Assembly (NCBI RefSeq): GCF_004010195.1
Contig: NC_057718.1
Location: 88,626,233 to 88,690,232 of the forward strand
DNA length: 64,000 bases
From: Chiloscyllium plagiosum
Taxonomy: Eukaryota
Reading direction: 5' to 3'
Each line of letters opens with the position of its first letter. Positions within the stretch are counted from its first letter, which is position 1. The notes below the pieces were generated by a model. The model was not told the DNA's origin, ran no database searches, and saw only the letters and a list, made by a program, of their open reading frames with translations. The position numbers and the translations under genes were made by a program. Of this stretch, positions 48,001 to 58,910 are shown piece by piece.

Positions 48001-49012
48001 GCCATGACACCCCCTCTGTTAAGTGCTGAAGGGGGTCTTCAGATCCAAGTAGATATCTGGAGTGAATCTTAAACTTTCCAAAGGCTTCCTTGATGAAAAA
48101 GCTGACTGTCAATATGGCTTGCAACTTATTAGTGGGTCCTTCACAGGTATTATGAACCAAGTTTGAAAGTTGCATCCCCTCATCTCCTACAAGCTAGCCG
48201 TTAAGTGTGCTTCTTGGTTTGGAAAGGCTTGGAATATTGGACTTATGCATTAAAGATGCATCATGATAACTCAGATATCCAGGATGTAGAATTGGTAGCA
48301 TACTGGAAAGATCCAGATGTGAAACACCAAGTGGTGATCAATTTTCCACCTCTGCTGAAGCATGGCACCAGGTACAACAGGGAAAAGGTCAACCTGTAGA
48401 AAGCTGGTGTTGTTTGTCACTATATGATGTACCAATCTCTGTCCTGCCCTGATCTTCTAGAGAAGGTGGTACTGGGCTGCTTCTCACATTGCTGCAGACC
48501 TCAGGTTGCAATGACAACTATAATGCTGTTAGGAAGAGAATTTGAGGACTTTGACCCAGTGACAATAAAGGAATAGTGCTATAATTCCAAGACAGCATGG
48601 TGTGGGGCTTGGAGAGGAACCTGCAGGTGGTGGTGTTCCTGTGCATCTGCTTTCTTCACCCTTCTAGGTGGTAGAGGCCATGATTTTGGAAGTTGCCGTT
48701 GTTTGAGCATTGGTGTGTTCCTGCAGTGGATCTCGTAGATGGTGAACACTGTTGCTGTGTGTGTTGGTTGTACAGGGAGTGAATGCTGAAAGTGGTGGAT
48801 GGTATGTCATTTAAGCAGGCTGCCTTTTGTCCTGTGTGGTGTCAAATTTTGATTATAGCATTTTTAAAAATTTCACTGATACAGTGTTAATGACTATTCT
48901 TACCTCTGGGTAGGTCTGTTATTTCATTATATCCACTTGACATCAAATCATGGCAAAGGTTTTCTAGGTGATACTCATCAGCTGTTGCAAAGGCTGTACA
49001 TTTCATCAGATC
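9034..49012 (-). CDS. RMND1: RMND1 (Required for meiotic nuclear division 1 homolog; DUF155 mitochondrial translation factor), partial spliced CDS of 10 exons, 5' end missing
   Basis: Ten exons with canonical AG/GT ends and compatible phases join to 846 nt (281 aa + TAA). The peptide matches the C-terminal part of vertebrate RMND1 as recalled ([43 protein letters not shown]). Exon sizes agree with the recalled human structure. Confidence 0.96.
11020..11615 (+). mobile_element. Old CR1 LINE 3' portion
   Basis: Decayed ORF2 C-terminus ([12 protein letters not shown]...RSEMRRIFF) and (cctatt)n end. Confidence 0.7.
13220..13336 (-). CDS. RMND1: RMND1 exon, 117 nt: [39 protein letters not shown]
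   Basis: Acceptor cctacag|GTG, donor GAA|gtaggt. Confidence 0.96.
13553..14925. mobile_element. Palindromic Penelope-like element: inverted partial copy 13553-14093 (-) plus copy 14094-14925 (+) with RT thumb/GIY-YIG endonuclease remnant
   Basis: [26 protein letters not shown] motif on both strands; arms of about 540 bp; TSD gagc[g/t]cagcatatt at 13539-13552 and 14924-14937. Confidence 0.9.
15380..16140 (+). mobile_element. Old CR1 LINE 3' portion
   Basis: [21 protein letters not shown] and [10 protein letters not shown] motifs. Confidence 0.85.
16470..17200 (+). mobile_element. CR1 LINE 3' portion
   Basis: Similar to 51570-52620, with deletions. Confidence 0.8.
17732..18162 (+). mobile_element. 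CR1 LINE 3' fragment
   Basis: Same 3' UTR (ggactgaagggtctatttccatgctgta) as the 43310-43666 copy. Confidence 0.85.
18640..19410 (+). mobile_element. Degenerate Penelope-like element (Cys-rich linker plus GIY-YIG, Neptune-like)
   Basis: Manual translation with stops: [12 protein letters not shown]...[12 protein letters not shown]...[20 protein letters not shown]...VTCHFN; shared tail ctgctgagcatttccagcattttc. Confidence 0.7.
20052..20615. mobile_element. Nested V-SINEs: full minus-strand copy (20134-20452) inside a plus-strand copy (20052-20131 and 20453-20615)
   Basis: Head, V domain and tail visible in both orientations. Confidence 0.9.
22945..23805 (+). mobile_element. CR1 LINE 3' portion (RT C-terminal half)
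   Basis: gtgctgttgggtccactgctgtttgtc, SKFADY (FADD-like) and [12 protein letters not shown] motifs, plus the 3' UTR. Confidence 0.85.
24546..24632 (-). mobile_element. V-SINE 3' fragment
   Basis: ttagattagattccctacagtgtggaaacagg. Confidence 0.8.
24837..24876 (-). ncRNA. Minimal type I hammerhead ribozyme motif, sense to the RMND1 pre-mRNA
   Basis: Exact reverse complement of 25216-25255. Confidence 0.7.
25216..25255 (+). ncRNA. Minimal type I hammerhead ribozyme motif in the PLE terminal repeat
   Basis: GCA-CTGAGGA-(tgtcacct agac aggggac)-GAAACGTT-TGC: CUGANGA and GAAA boxes, stem II, palindromic AAACGTTT, GCA/TGC stem I. Confidence 0.7.
25489..25609 (-). CDS. RMND1: RMND1 exon, 121 nt: [40 protein letters not shown]
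   Basis: Acceptor ctttcag|A, donor AAG|gtatgt. Confidence 0.96.
25755..25890 (+). mobile_element. PLE 3' tail fragment with decayed hammerhead motif
   Basis: CTGAAGA agtgtcactagacct GAAA cattaac, followed by the tail ...tttccagcatctgcagttctttg. Confidence 0.6.
26507..26583 (-). CDS. RMND1: RMND1 exon, 77 nt: [25 protein letters not shown](R)
   Basis: Acceptor ttttattcag|ATG, donor AG|gtaaaa; peptide present in ORF 26503..26694. Confidence 0.95.
27927..27991 (-). CDS. RMND1: RMND1 exon, 65 nt: (V)[21 protein letters not shown]
   Basis: Acceptor ttgcag|TA, donor GAG|gtgagc. Confidence 0.94.
28720..29411 (+). mobile_element. Possible old solo LTR remnant
   Basis: Ends ...gtagttgcAACA with an LTR-like layout; no TSD or 5' TG confirmed. 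Confidence 0.3.
29672..29778 (-). CDS. RMND1: RMND1 exon, 107 nt: [35 protein letters not shown]
   Basis: Acceptor ttccacag|A, donor CAG|gtgaga. Confidence 0.95.
31642..31676 (+). repeat. G24 homopolymer followed by (GT)n
   Basis: Directly visible; a G16 run also lies at 11504-11519. Confidence 0.9.
33548..34171. mobile_element. Non-autonomous Tigger/pogo-like DNA transposon, 624 bp
   Basis: TIRs CAGGAGAACTTCCATTATCCGAA / TTCGGATAATTGAGGTTCTTCTG, with TA on both flanks. Confidence 0.85.
35735..35835 (-). CDS. RMND1: RMND1 exon, 101 nt: [33 protein letters not shown](E)
   Basis: Acceptor ccttcag|GTG, donor GA|gtaaga; conserved [17 protein letters not shown] motif. Confidence 0.95.
36498..36537 (-). 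CDS. RMND1: RMND1 exon, 40 nt: (R)[13 protein letters not shown]
   Basis: Acceptor acacag|G, donor GCA|gtaagt; found by manual translation, absent from the ORF track. Confidence 0.92.
36790..39630 (-). mobile_element. Cluster of old CR1 LINE fragments (at least two copies, boundary near 38320)
   Basis: Minus-strand peptides [26 protein letters not shown] and [10 protein letters not shown]; two separate 3' ends near 36790 and 38320. Confidence 0.8.
39944..40281 (-). mobile_element. V-SINE variant
   Basis: V domain and tRNA-like head in reverse orientation. Confidence 0.85.
40320..41050 (-). mobile_element. LINE fragment with AP-endonuclease remnant
   Basis: Reverse translation near 40380-40435 gives [17 protein letters not shown] (APE GDFN motif). 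Confidence 0.65.
42135..43666 (+). mobile_element. Young CR1 (HER1-like) LINE, 5'-truncated, RT domain, spanning an assembly gap
   Basis: Open frame with [26 protein letters not shown] and [11 protein letters not shown]; intact 3' UTR ending ctctatgactctat. Confidence 0.93.
42835..43309. other. Assembly gap (475 N)
   Basis: Run of N. Confidence 1.
45440..45990 (+). mobile_element. Old CR1 3' fragment interrupted by a minus-strand PLE tail (45570-45690)
   Basis: Decayed gggtgactgttagaagtttttaagattatg; the insert carries a CTGATGA-AGGGC/GCCC hairpin on the minus strand. Confidence 0.6.
46346..46421 (-). CDS. RMND1: RMND1 exon, 76 nt: (D)[24 protein letters not shown](R)
   Basis: Acceptor ttttcctag|AT, donor TTCAG|gttggt; phase 1 to 2 fits both neighbours. 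Confidence 0.92.
48440..48845 (-). mobile_element. LINE 3' fragment (CR1/L2 group)
   Basis: Recognised as a common shark LINE 3' region (ggagaggaacctgcaggtggtggtgttcc); a related short piece lies near 27420-27550. Confidence 0.5.
48904..49012 (-). CDS. RMND1: RMND1 exon, 109 nt: [36 protein letters not shown]
   Basis: Acceptor ggacag|GAT, donor AGAG|gtaaga; peptide present in ORF 48887..49078. Confidence 0.95.
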
Positions 49013-51571
49013 CTGTCCAAACATATACAGAGACAGAGATAAAACAATTTGATGACCAATCCAACAAGAGATGCACAATCCAACAAAGTACAGATGATAA
49101 TAACATCTTCTCTGCTGTAATGAGCACTAATGCAGTTCTACTTTAATGTACATGGAACATTGCATTTGTTTAATAGCTTGTTCTTTTTCCCCAATACCAC
49201 TCCTGAAAGAAAATGAAGACTTTGTCTTATATATATGTTGGTAAACATGCGAGCTGACTTGACTGAATGTTTGCTGCAAACATCTTTCATGTTAATTTGC
49301 TACCTGATACCGATCACTTCCTGACTTGCATTGGATATGTATCCTCATTCACTGAACAGTCAACTGTGCTGAGAAGAGTTCCACCGAAGAAACGATTCTT
49401 TGGGAACCGTTCTAAGGAATAGGAGCAGGCTATTTCAGACCTCAAGCCTGTACCACCATTTAGTTAGATCATTGCTGATCTTTACCTTAATTTTATCGAC
49501 CTGCCTTGACCACTCTTAATACTCTAACAAATATTTTTCTTAGTTTTGATTTTAAAAATCGATCTAGCCTCAATAGCTTTTACTGCTAACCTTTGTCTAA
49601 GTGCTTTCTAAATTCATTTCTGAATGGCCCAGCTCTAACTTAAAATTATTCAACACAGCAGTGATGTTTTATTTCCCTTCCACAGGGACTTCCCAATGCC
49701 TTCAAGGCTGCACCTTATGATAGAAATTCAGAAACCAATTACTGAATTACAAACAAGAATGCACATCTGTCTGCCAAACTTGTCAGTTGACATTATTTTC
49801 ACACAAAATATTATCAAACAAGCAACTGGGACTCGCCATATTCAATGTCTTTCTGCTCTAGCTAAATCAATTGTAACTGAAACACACAGTGTAGAGTAGG
49901 CTGATCAGTTGGGCTGGAAGTTTTCAAAGTCAATGTTTTCTCCTCTGAACTGTGAAACATTGACTCTTCACACAGATGAGCCTAATTTGAGAATTCCTTT
50001 GAGTTTTCACAATCCCTTTAGTCAAGATATAGACATAAAGGGACAAAAAAAAAAGATTAAAAATTAATACATGATTTTAAAAAGGTTTTATACTGAATAC
50101 CATGAAATAAAAATTTTGATTCCTCTCCAACACGGGAATTTTTTTTCATCGTAGAGGGAAACTAATGTCATAACTGGCCTGAAGGGACCCATCAGTACTC
50201 CAATGCGAGCCTCAGGCATTGCAGATATATCAACAAAGCACTGAACATAGCAATGATCACTTGTTCCATTAGAGGCTAGAAGGGGGCAAGTGAAAGTTGC
50301 AGCATGAGTTGCAATTCCATTGAGCGACATAAGGGAAAGACAAATTTTTTGCACAACTATAGGAGAAAAGGAAAATGTATATTCTTCCCTTTGAAAAACA
50401 AAGAGTAGGGTATCTTAACCAAACCCACACTGGAAACAGGAAAACAATAAATGTTATAACATAATTAATGAAACAAAGTTACATTTTCATTTACACTTCA
50501 GAATCAAGTACAAATTAGAAGCAAGACTGGAAACAGGCCATTTGAACCCTCAAGCCTGCTTTAACATTTGATGAAACCCAGGCTGATCTGATTGCAGCCT
50601 TTACTTTTCCTACAAATTACAAATTCTGGTCCAAATTTTCCAAGGAATGGCAATACCTTAACACTGCCACTACATTCCTTTTTTTTTTCCACTACAAGTG
50701 AGTTCTGCATTTCTGGCCCAAATGTCCATTCCCAGCTTCTTCAGAAATATGGAGCATACCTGAAATACAACTATTGCCGTATAGTACTGGATAAACAGGA
50801 GAAGTGAAGTCATATCCCTTTTTAAATCACCAGCTGATATGTTCGACCAAGTGTTTAAATGTCTCAAAAGCTATCGTGAATTATACTATTTTCAGCTCTA
50901 TTTTACAGTAGAAAATGTATTCAAAAATAGTATCGAGAATTATTAATTATGCCATGGCCAATGCTTCTTTTGTTTAGGATGCTAGGGAGCAGGCGGTCAC
51001 TGTCCGTGGTGTGGGGTTGAGCACTGTCTGTGCTGTTGGTAATGGTGATCGTTACCTGCAAGAGGGTCGAAATGTTGCTGTTGGTGCAATAACTGCATCC
51101 AGCAGATTATACTCTTGAGCAGGTTTTACACATATGAAAAAGTCCAAGTACATCCATGACAAAAAAAACACCTTAAGTATCAGACATACAACCCAACACT
51201 GTTTGGTTCAAAAACAGAAATTGCTGTTTGCTCCCGGTCATCTTGTTCAACAGTCGGTGGAGTCAGGGAGCACATTGGACAGGACAATAGCTGTAATCAG
51301 AAGTGTAAACTTGCTGCTTAAATACAGTGGATGCACTCAGTAAGCTTCGCAGAGTCAGGAAAGAGAGGTCACATCTAGAGTGGGACATAGCCAGGCTGAG
51401 TATATGGTTTAGGGAATTTGGAAGCAGCATGAGAACCTGGTGCAGAGGGGAATAGGTGCTTTTTGCTTGCTTTTTTTGGCTCATAGTTTGTATATATTTT
51501 TAAAACAGGATAAACTGAAGTCCAGGATCAGAGGCCCAGCGCAAAAGACATCACACATAAACATAAATTCA

Positions 51572-52622
51572 TTGGTTGGGGATAGCTATTGGCAAATGGG
51601 CTGGGAAGTGGCAGATGGAGTTTAATTCAGATAAATGCCAGGTGCTGCATTTTGGGAAAGCAAATCTTAGCAGGACTTATACACTTAATGGCAAGGTCCT
51701 ACCGAGTGTTGCTGAACAAAGAGACCTTGGAGTGCAGGTTCATAGCTCCTTGAAAGTGGAGTCACAGGTAGATAGGATAGTGAAGGCGGTGTTTGGTATG
51801 CTTTCCTTTATTGGTCAGAGTACTGAGTACAGGAGTTGGGAGGTCATGTTGCGGCTGTACAGAACATGGGTTAGGCCACTGTTGGAATATTGTGTGCAAT
51901 TCTGGTCTCCTTCCTATTGGAAAGATGTTGTGAAACTTGAAAGGATTCAAAAATGATTCACAAGGATGTTGCCAGGGTTGGAGGATTTGATCTATGGGGA
52001 GATGCTGAACAGGCTTGAACTGCTTTCCCTGGAGCATCGGAGGCTGAGGGGTGACCTTATAGAGGTTTACAAAAANNNNNNNNNNNNNNNNNNNNNNNNN
52101 NNNNNNNNNNNNNNNNNNNNNNNNNNNNNNNNNNNNNNNNNNNNNNNNNNNNNNNNNNNNNNNNNNNNNNNNNNNNNNNNNNNNNNNNNNNNNNNNNNNN
52201 NNNNNNNNNNNNNNNNNNNNNNNNNNNNNNAGGCTGAGGGGTGACCTTATAGAGGTTTACAAAAATTATGAGGGGCATGGATAGGATAAATAGACAAAGT
52301 CTTTTCCCTGGGGTCGGGGAGTCCAGAACTACAGGGCATAGGTTTAGGGCGAGAGGGGAAAGATATAAAAGAGACCTAAGGGGCAACTTTTTCACATAAA
52401 GGGTGGTATGTGTATGGAATGAGCTGCCAGAGGAAGTAGTGGAGGCTAGCACACTTGCAATATTTCAAAGGCATTTGGATGGGTATATGAATAGGAAGGG
52501 TTTGGGGGGATATGGGCCGGGTGCTGGCAGGTGGGACTAGGTAGGGTTGGGATATCTGGTCCACATGGACAGGTTGGACCGAAGTGTCTGTTTCCATGCT
52601 GTACATCTCTATGACTATGACT
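51572..52622 (+). mobile_element. Young CR1 LINE 3' portion spanning a gap
   Basis: [36 protein letters not shown]; 3' UTR nearly the same as 43310-43666. Confidence 0.93.
52076..52230. other. Assembly gap (155 N), probably spurious
   Basis: The same 35 nt lie on both sides (52041-52075 and 52231-52265). Confidence 0.95.
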
Positions 52623-52916
52623 AATTAGAGTCTGAGAATCCTTAGAGTGTGGAAACATGCTATTCAGCCCACTGAGTCCACAATGACCCTCCAAAGAGCA
52701 TCCTACCTTGATCCACACCCCTACCCTATCCCTGTAACCCTGTATATCTCATGGCTAATCCACCTAATCTGCGCATCTTTGGACTGTGGGAGGAAATCCA
52801 CGCAGTCACGGGGAGAATGTGTAAACTCTGCACAGACAGTCACCTGGAGATGGAATCAAACCCAGGTCCCTGGCACTGTGAGGCAGCAGAGCTAACTACT
52901 GAGCCACTGCTGCCCC
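52623..52916 (-). mobile_element. V-SINE variant
   Basis: Reverse-orientation head, V domain and tail; abuts the CR1 3' end tail-to-tail. Confidence 0.8.
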
Positions 52917-53091
52917 ATCTATTATCAATAACTCAGACTGAAGGTAAATAGAGGCAATATTTACAGGCTACAAACTTAAACGATCGGTATAAGCTTTTAA
53001 AAATAAAATTAAGAGCTAAGTAAACAAACTAGAGATGCCAGGCCAGACAATATGTTGTAGGAGCTGGTGGAGCCCATTGTGGGTTATTTGT

Positions 53092-53868
53092 TACAGACTA
53101 CTCAGACCTCTCGGCATCATGGTAGTCCACAAACCTACTAACACACTAAAACAGCAGCTAATGAACTTAAAAGATCCTATACAGACAATAAGCAAAACAA
53201 ATGGCAATTATAAAAATCTTGCAATGACTGTATGGGCTGCCAGAGGAAGTGGTGGAGGATAGCACAACTGCAACATTTAAAAGTCATCTGGACGGGTATA
53301 TGAATAGGAAGGGTTTGGAGGGATATGGACTGGGTGCTGGCAGGTGGGACTAGATCGGGTTGGGATATCTGGTTGGTATGGACAAATTGACCGAAGGGTC
53401 AGTTTCCGTGCTGTACATCTCTAATGACTACGTCGGACAAACACGTAAAAAACTAACCACCAGAATATACAAACAGCAACTAGCCACAAAAAGACATGAC
53501 CCACTATCACTACTATCCTTACATACAGACAAAGGAAGACACCACATCCATCCTAGGACAAGCCAAACAGAGATACACACGAGAATTCTTTGATGCATGG
53601 CATTCCAATCAGAACTCTATCAATAAACACATTGATTTGAATCCCATCCACCATCCTTTGAGAAAAAGAATGGAAAATGACATCACCCACCCAAAGAAAC
53701 CTAAACACAAATAGAAAGCGGGACATACCACCACTGCTTCACCGGACTCTCACTGATGATGTTACCTAGCATAGTGATGAAACATCTGAAAGCAATCCTT
53801 CTAGCTCAGCAAGCAAACTTATATCCAGAACCTCAACCTGAGCAACAAACCTTTTTCAAAAATCGCGA
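53092..53868 (+). mobile_element. Penelope-like element (second subfamily) interrupted by a CR1 3' fragment at 53230-53429
   Basis: RLLRPLGIMVVHKPTNTLKQQL..KDPI, YVGQT and GQAKQR..REF..AWHS motifs; aatgact is repeated at both CR1 junctions; hammerhead-like TCA-CTGATGA...GAAACATC-TGA at 53750-53789. Confidence 0.85.
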
Positions 53869-56159
53869 AACAGGAGCTGTCTGCCTTTTGAACAAAAAAC
53901 AATTTACACGCAATGAATAGTAATGTCTCATGACTCAAAACTAGTGGGTGTTAATCAAGCCCTTTCTGGCTCATTGTGTCTGATGCTGTAGTGTTCTATC
54001 ATGATGAAAGCGATGTCCTTCCCATTCTATATCCTCATCCTTCTCCACAGAAGCCTGTTGTTATTTCCTCAGCTCTTCAGTATCCATCAAACTCCTTTTT
54101 GCCTGTTCCAGTTATGAAGAGCACAGCATGCAGGGATTATGCAGAACACACTGTCTGAAGAGCATCATCAGACTCCTTGAGACAAATTCAACCACTGGAA
54201 TTTCACCTTCAGCAGGCCTATCATCTGTTCCATGATGACCTTAATGGAATAATAGGTTGCACTGTATCTATGCTTGACCTCAGTCACAGTTGCACAATGG
54301 AGACATCAGCCACAGTTGCAGAGGTTAGCCCTCATCTCCCAGCATCCATCTTTTTTAGATACCTGGCCCTTGAAATGTAGCAGGAACCTGAGTTGTCAAG
54401 GATTTAGATATCATGGCAGTTTTCAGGATGTTTGGTGCAGATCCCCAAAATGATTACACTCATTACCACAGATGACTTTTACAGACCAACCAGAATCCTG
54501 GTCTATTGATTATATCATCCATTATAGGATACAGTACTCTCGACTTCTGTAACGTTCTGCATCTGGGTGAAGCCAATTAAGGTGGCAAAACTTACTGCAT
54601 GAGCTACAGTACTGATGACATGATAGGGAAATAAGATGAAGCAGTGTGATCTGACACAAATTGCTTCGGTAACAGTGTTGATACATTTGTGGGTTGAGGA
54701 TTCAGAGAGTGCACACAGGTTCTTAGTGAATTCTTGGAAGCAACCAATTGTATCAAAATTTAGTGCAAATATCTCTTGCCTCTCACTTGGATAGTATAGC
54801 CACCCAACCCTCCAGTTTACACGTCCTTCTCCAGCACGTGATTCTGTTACAGTATCCCAGGACATCCTCAGTCTGTGGCAGCCATCCACTTGCTTATCTG
54901 CAGTAGGTAGAGTTGAGGACAATAAATTTTGTGCCTCCTGTATGTGTAATGTATCCTGAGGGGACATTTTGTTGCAATTTCTTGTGTAGGCTGTTTCATA
55001 GCCATGGGAGGTTTCTGCTCGCCTTAGGTTTGCTGATTGGTTAGATTATCCTCAGTTTCTTAGTGTCTTTATTTACAGTGTCCTACTGCAGCAGGAACTG
55101 TTACCTAGGGACCCAATGCATATATATGGGTAACATCAGAAACAAAAAGGCCCTTGCTAACGTGAGCTGTCAGCATTCACATCACAAACAAATTACAGTT
55201 CACCTTAGTCCTTGATAGAGGACACATGGGGGATTCCAACTTCTTCTTTCTTTGCACTCCCTGCCAACTCCAGCAGTTCTAAGCTGAGCAGGTTGATTAG
55301 AAAAATATTCTCACATTCCCACTCGATTCTTTCAGTTAAGTCTTCCTCTCCCTACTTCACCTCACTGTGCCCCAGGCATACTAGAGATGCCAACTGCTGT
55401 GCTGTACTGTCCCCCTGTCAAAGCCAGGGAAGTGATGATCAACGATGACCCCACCTCAAACACAGTAACTGTAGCCACAGAATGCTGTATCATCTTCCAT
55501 CCTCTTGCTGTTACTTGACCACCTTCAAAATTACTGTTATTATTAAATATGGCAAGATTAGGCAATGATGAATTGTTAATACACAGAAATTGGACGCTCG
55601 CTACTCACAAGCTGAGGTTCTCGTTTTGCCATTAAAATCTTGGATGGAACAATGGACTTTAATTACTTGACCCTGTGAATCTCATTTTTTCTGATCTTGC
55701 CATTGCCTACAGTTTAGGCCTTGGGAAGATTCCGCTGACCATTTTCCCTCCAACATTAAATGATTTGGTTGAAAATAGTATAATTAACTAACCTACTTCA
55801 ACTACATTGAGTTTTTGTTTTGGAAGAACACGAAGTAAAATCTAACTTTCTGCAAGTAAGGTATACCCATTTGCAATTCACTGGTATTTCTGAAATCCAG
55901 CCAAAAATATATTTGTATAAAAAAGTATATGAAAAAGGACTGTTTCATCCTAACTTCACCATGCAAACGATCTCCCTTTCCTCCAACTGCAGTTTCTCAG
56001 TCTCCTGGGACAGACAAAGACAGACAGAAAATAATTTAGGGCTAATTTAGGAAAAAAGCTCTGGGAAGTTTACATTTGACCTTCCCTCCACTCTCCATGC
56101 AATAAAAGCAAGCTACAGGGGAAAACAGTAATTTTTGAAAAAGGTACCTAAGCTCATAC

Positions 56160-57560
56160 CTGGTTCATTTGCCAATAACTTGAAACCCATATTGTCTAGT
56201 TTCTGACCCTTCAGGCAGTGAATTCAATTTTTCCTTATTTATTGCATCAAATTCCTTTATGATTTTTAGATAATCTATTAATTCCACCTTCAACATTGCC
56301 ATTCTGAAAGCAACACAGCTTATTTTTTGATTGTAACTTGAATGCCATACCCTCCAGTACAATTCTAGTATACCTCCTCTGTGAAATGAATGTGATACTC
56401 AATTTAAGGCCTAATCAGTAATTTATGAAAGGGTCAGAAAACCATTCTTCCTTTATTACTTTATGTCTGCGCTTTAATATGTTAACAGCCTTCTAAACTT
56501 GCCACGATGCTGCGATTTATGTATATAAACTCCAAGTTTCTCGGTTCATGCCTCATCAAAACTGCATTATTTATTATAATACTTTGTATTGCATCTCTTC
56601 ATTCTTCTAACTAAAACACATCAGATCACACTTCTCTGCATTAAGATTGCATCTCCCACATCTGTCCATTTCACAGTCTTCTGGGGCCTATTATTATCCT
56701 CCAAATTGCTTACTACATCTCACAGTCATTTCCAAACTTGCAAATTATTCATTGTATATTCTGTATATCTCTCATACACATGCTCTCTCTCAGACACACA
56801 CACCCTGCCACACTCTCACCCACGCACACACCCTCTCATAGGCATCTACTCCGTCACACTCACGCACACTATCAGTCAGACACACACACACACAAGCTGT
56901 AGGCAGTCAATCCATGTAGCATTTTATAAATTCCTACTTTGGAAACAGAACCAGTCTGACTCAAGATTGGAATACAACCAGACTCTAACCTCACACCTTG
57001 AATGCATTGTTGAGCTGAGTTGTCACCTTTTTTTAATAAAGCCTTGAGTTATCTCGGGAATGTGACTTGAAAGAAGTTCTGGGATTTACGTATTAAAGAA
57101 CCAAAACCTGCAACCCATTCTAAAAAGATGAAAGACTTAACATCAATCTAGGTTTGTTCAATATATCGTATCAGTTGCATGATCTTTTGCTATAAATTCT
57201 GTGTCCTACGATGCTGCCCCACTAGCTACCTGACGAAGGAGCAGCACTCCGACAGCCTGTACTTCCAAATAAACCTGTTGGACTAAACCTGGTGTTGCGT
57301 GATTTTTATCTAAATGTAAGTTATTGTTATATATTAAAAACAGTAGTTTTAATACTGATTCACAGGGGTTCCCCTGTACGTTATTCTCCAATCTGAAAAA
57401 CAGTTGGTCTGCTTTCTGTCCCTTAGACAGCATTGAATCCACTGTTCCTTTCATTCGTCGGGTTTCAATTTTTATTCCAAGTCCATCACATGGCACTTTA
57501 CCAAATGCCTTTTGAAATTCCATAAACACAATATTGACTTCACTATCTTCACCTGCCATT
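56160..57560 (-). mobile_element. Old CR1 RT fragment interrupted by a plus-strand PLE 3' piece (about 56765-57308)
   Basis: FQKAFGKVP (DFxKAFDKVP) on the minus strand; the insert has a CA-rich tract and the terminal CTGACGAAGGAGC...aataaacctgttggac. Confidence 0.7.
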
Positions 57561-57627
57561 ACTTAAAGAACTATGAGACAGGCTAGCTGCACCAGTTGCT
57601 ATTTCCTGCCAGTTCCATTTGCCTCCT

Positions 57628-58372
57628 TTTCAAATCACATTCACGAGATAACTTAAGGTTTTATAAAGAAAAGTGACATCTCAGCTCAGACAATGCATTT
57701 CAGGTGTGAGGTTAGAGTCTGTATTTCAATCTTGAGTCAGATTGGTTCTGTTTCCAAAGTAGGAATTTATAAAATGTCACATGGATTGACTGCCTACAAA
57801 TTGTGTGTTTTCTGAACAAAATAGAATGTATCTGCAAATACAATTCTGCAAATGTACTGAGAGTGTATGTAAAGGAAAGAGAGAGAGTGTGTGTCTGGGA
57901 GAGAGGGAGAGAATGCTAGTGTGTGTGTGCACGTGAGAGTGTGTGCGTGTGCGTGCTTGATAGTATGCGTGAGTGTGACGGAGTACATGCTGATGAGAAG
58001 TTGTGTGCATGGGTGTGAATGTGGCTGGGTGTGTGTGTCTGAGAGAGAGCGTGTCTATGAGAGATATACAGGGAATATACAAGGAATAACTTGCAAGTTT
58101 GAAAATGACTCAGAAATGGAGTAAGCAATGTGGAGGATAATAATAGGCCCCAGAAGAACATTAAAAGATTGGTGAAATTTCCTGACAGTCCCATTTGCCT
58201 CTCTTTCAATTATATATCCTTTGATCCCTTCTTTCAAGCCACACTCTTGATATAACTTAAAGGTTTTATTTTAAAAAAAGTGACATCTCAGGTCAGGCAA
58301 TGCCTTACAGGTGTGAGGTTAGAGTCTGTCTGTATTTCAATCTTGAGTCAGACTGATTCTGTTTCCAAAGGA
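57628..58372 (-). repeat. Inverted copy of 56677-57072 (57628-58157) plus a third partial copy (58231-58372)
   Basis: Reverse-complement match that includes the CR1/PLE junction. Confidence 0.8.
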
Positions 58373-58910
58373 TTCAATTCACCGTCACACTATTGTGCTT
58401 CATTTGTTTGTCCCTCTCATCAACATATTCAGTTACTTACTCAGCTGGCGTTTTCCTTCTCTTGCTGTTCTGCCTTTTCCTCATTCTTTTCTGACTTTCA
58501 GATTTCTTTTTCCCAGTTTCTCATCAGCAATTGAGGACTAATGGGGTCAGAGCTCAGGTATGAAAAGAAGTAACCCCATTTCTCTGATGGAGGGATGAGA
58601 TTAATATGACTGCCATTGGTAATTACAAAGGAATGAGGGCAAAGTTGGCTGAAGCTGACTGGGAAAGGAACTCAGCAGAAAAAACGATTTGAGGAAAATG
58701 GCAGATGTTTAAGAAAATAGCGAACACCTCACAGCAAAGATACAGTGACGCAGAAGGATGCTGTGAAGGCAATGTGTTGCAGCAGTAGTATGTGAAAAGT
58801 GACAATGACGGTGCGATTCTCAGTGACAGCGTCCAAAGCAAATGTTGACTGCTTGAGGAATTTCAGCTCAGTTGTTGAATTGAAATCTGGGTTGTGTACA
58901 TGGGGGCACA

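Noticed and set aside
50658..50759. Possible cryptic or poison exon (tatttcag ... AAG|gtattg, in-frame TAG)
   Set aside because: Only splice-like motifs, with a weak donor and no homology or other support.
54515..54967. 150-aa minus-strand ORF as the missing RMND1 N-terminal exon
   Set aside because: No resemblance to the RMND1 N-terminus; the region looks like decayed retroelement sequence.
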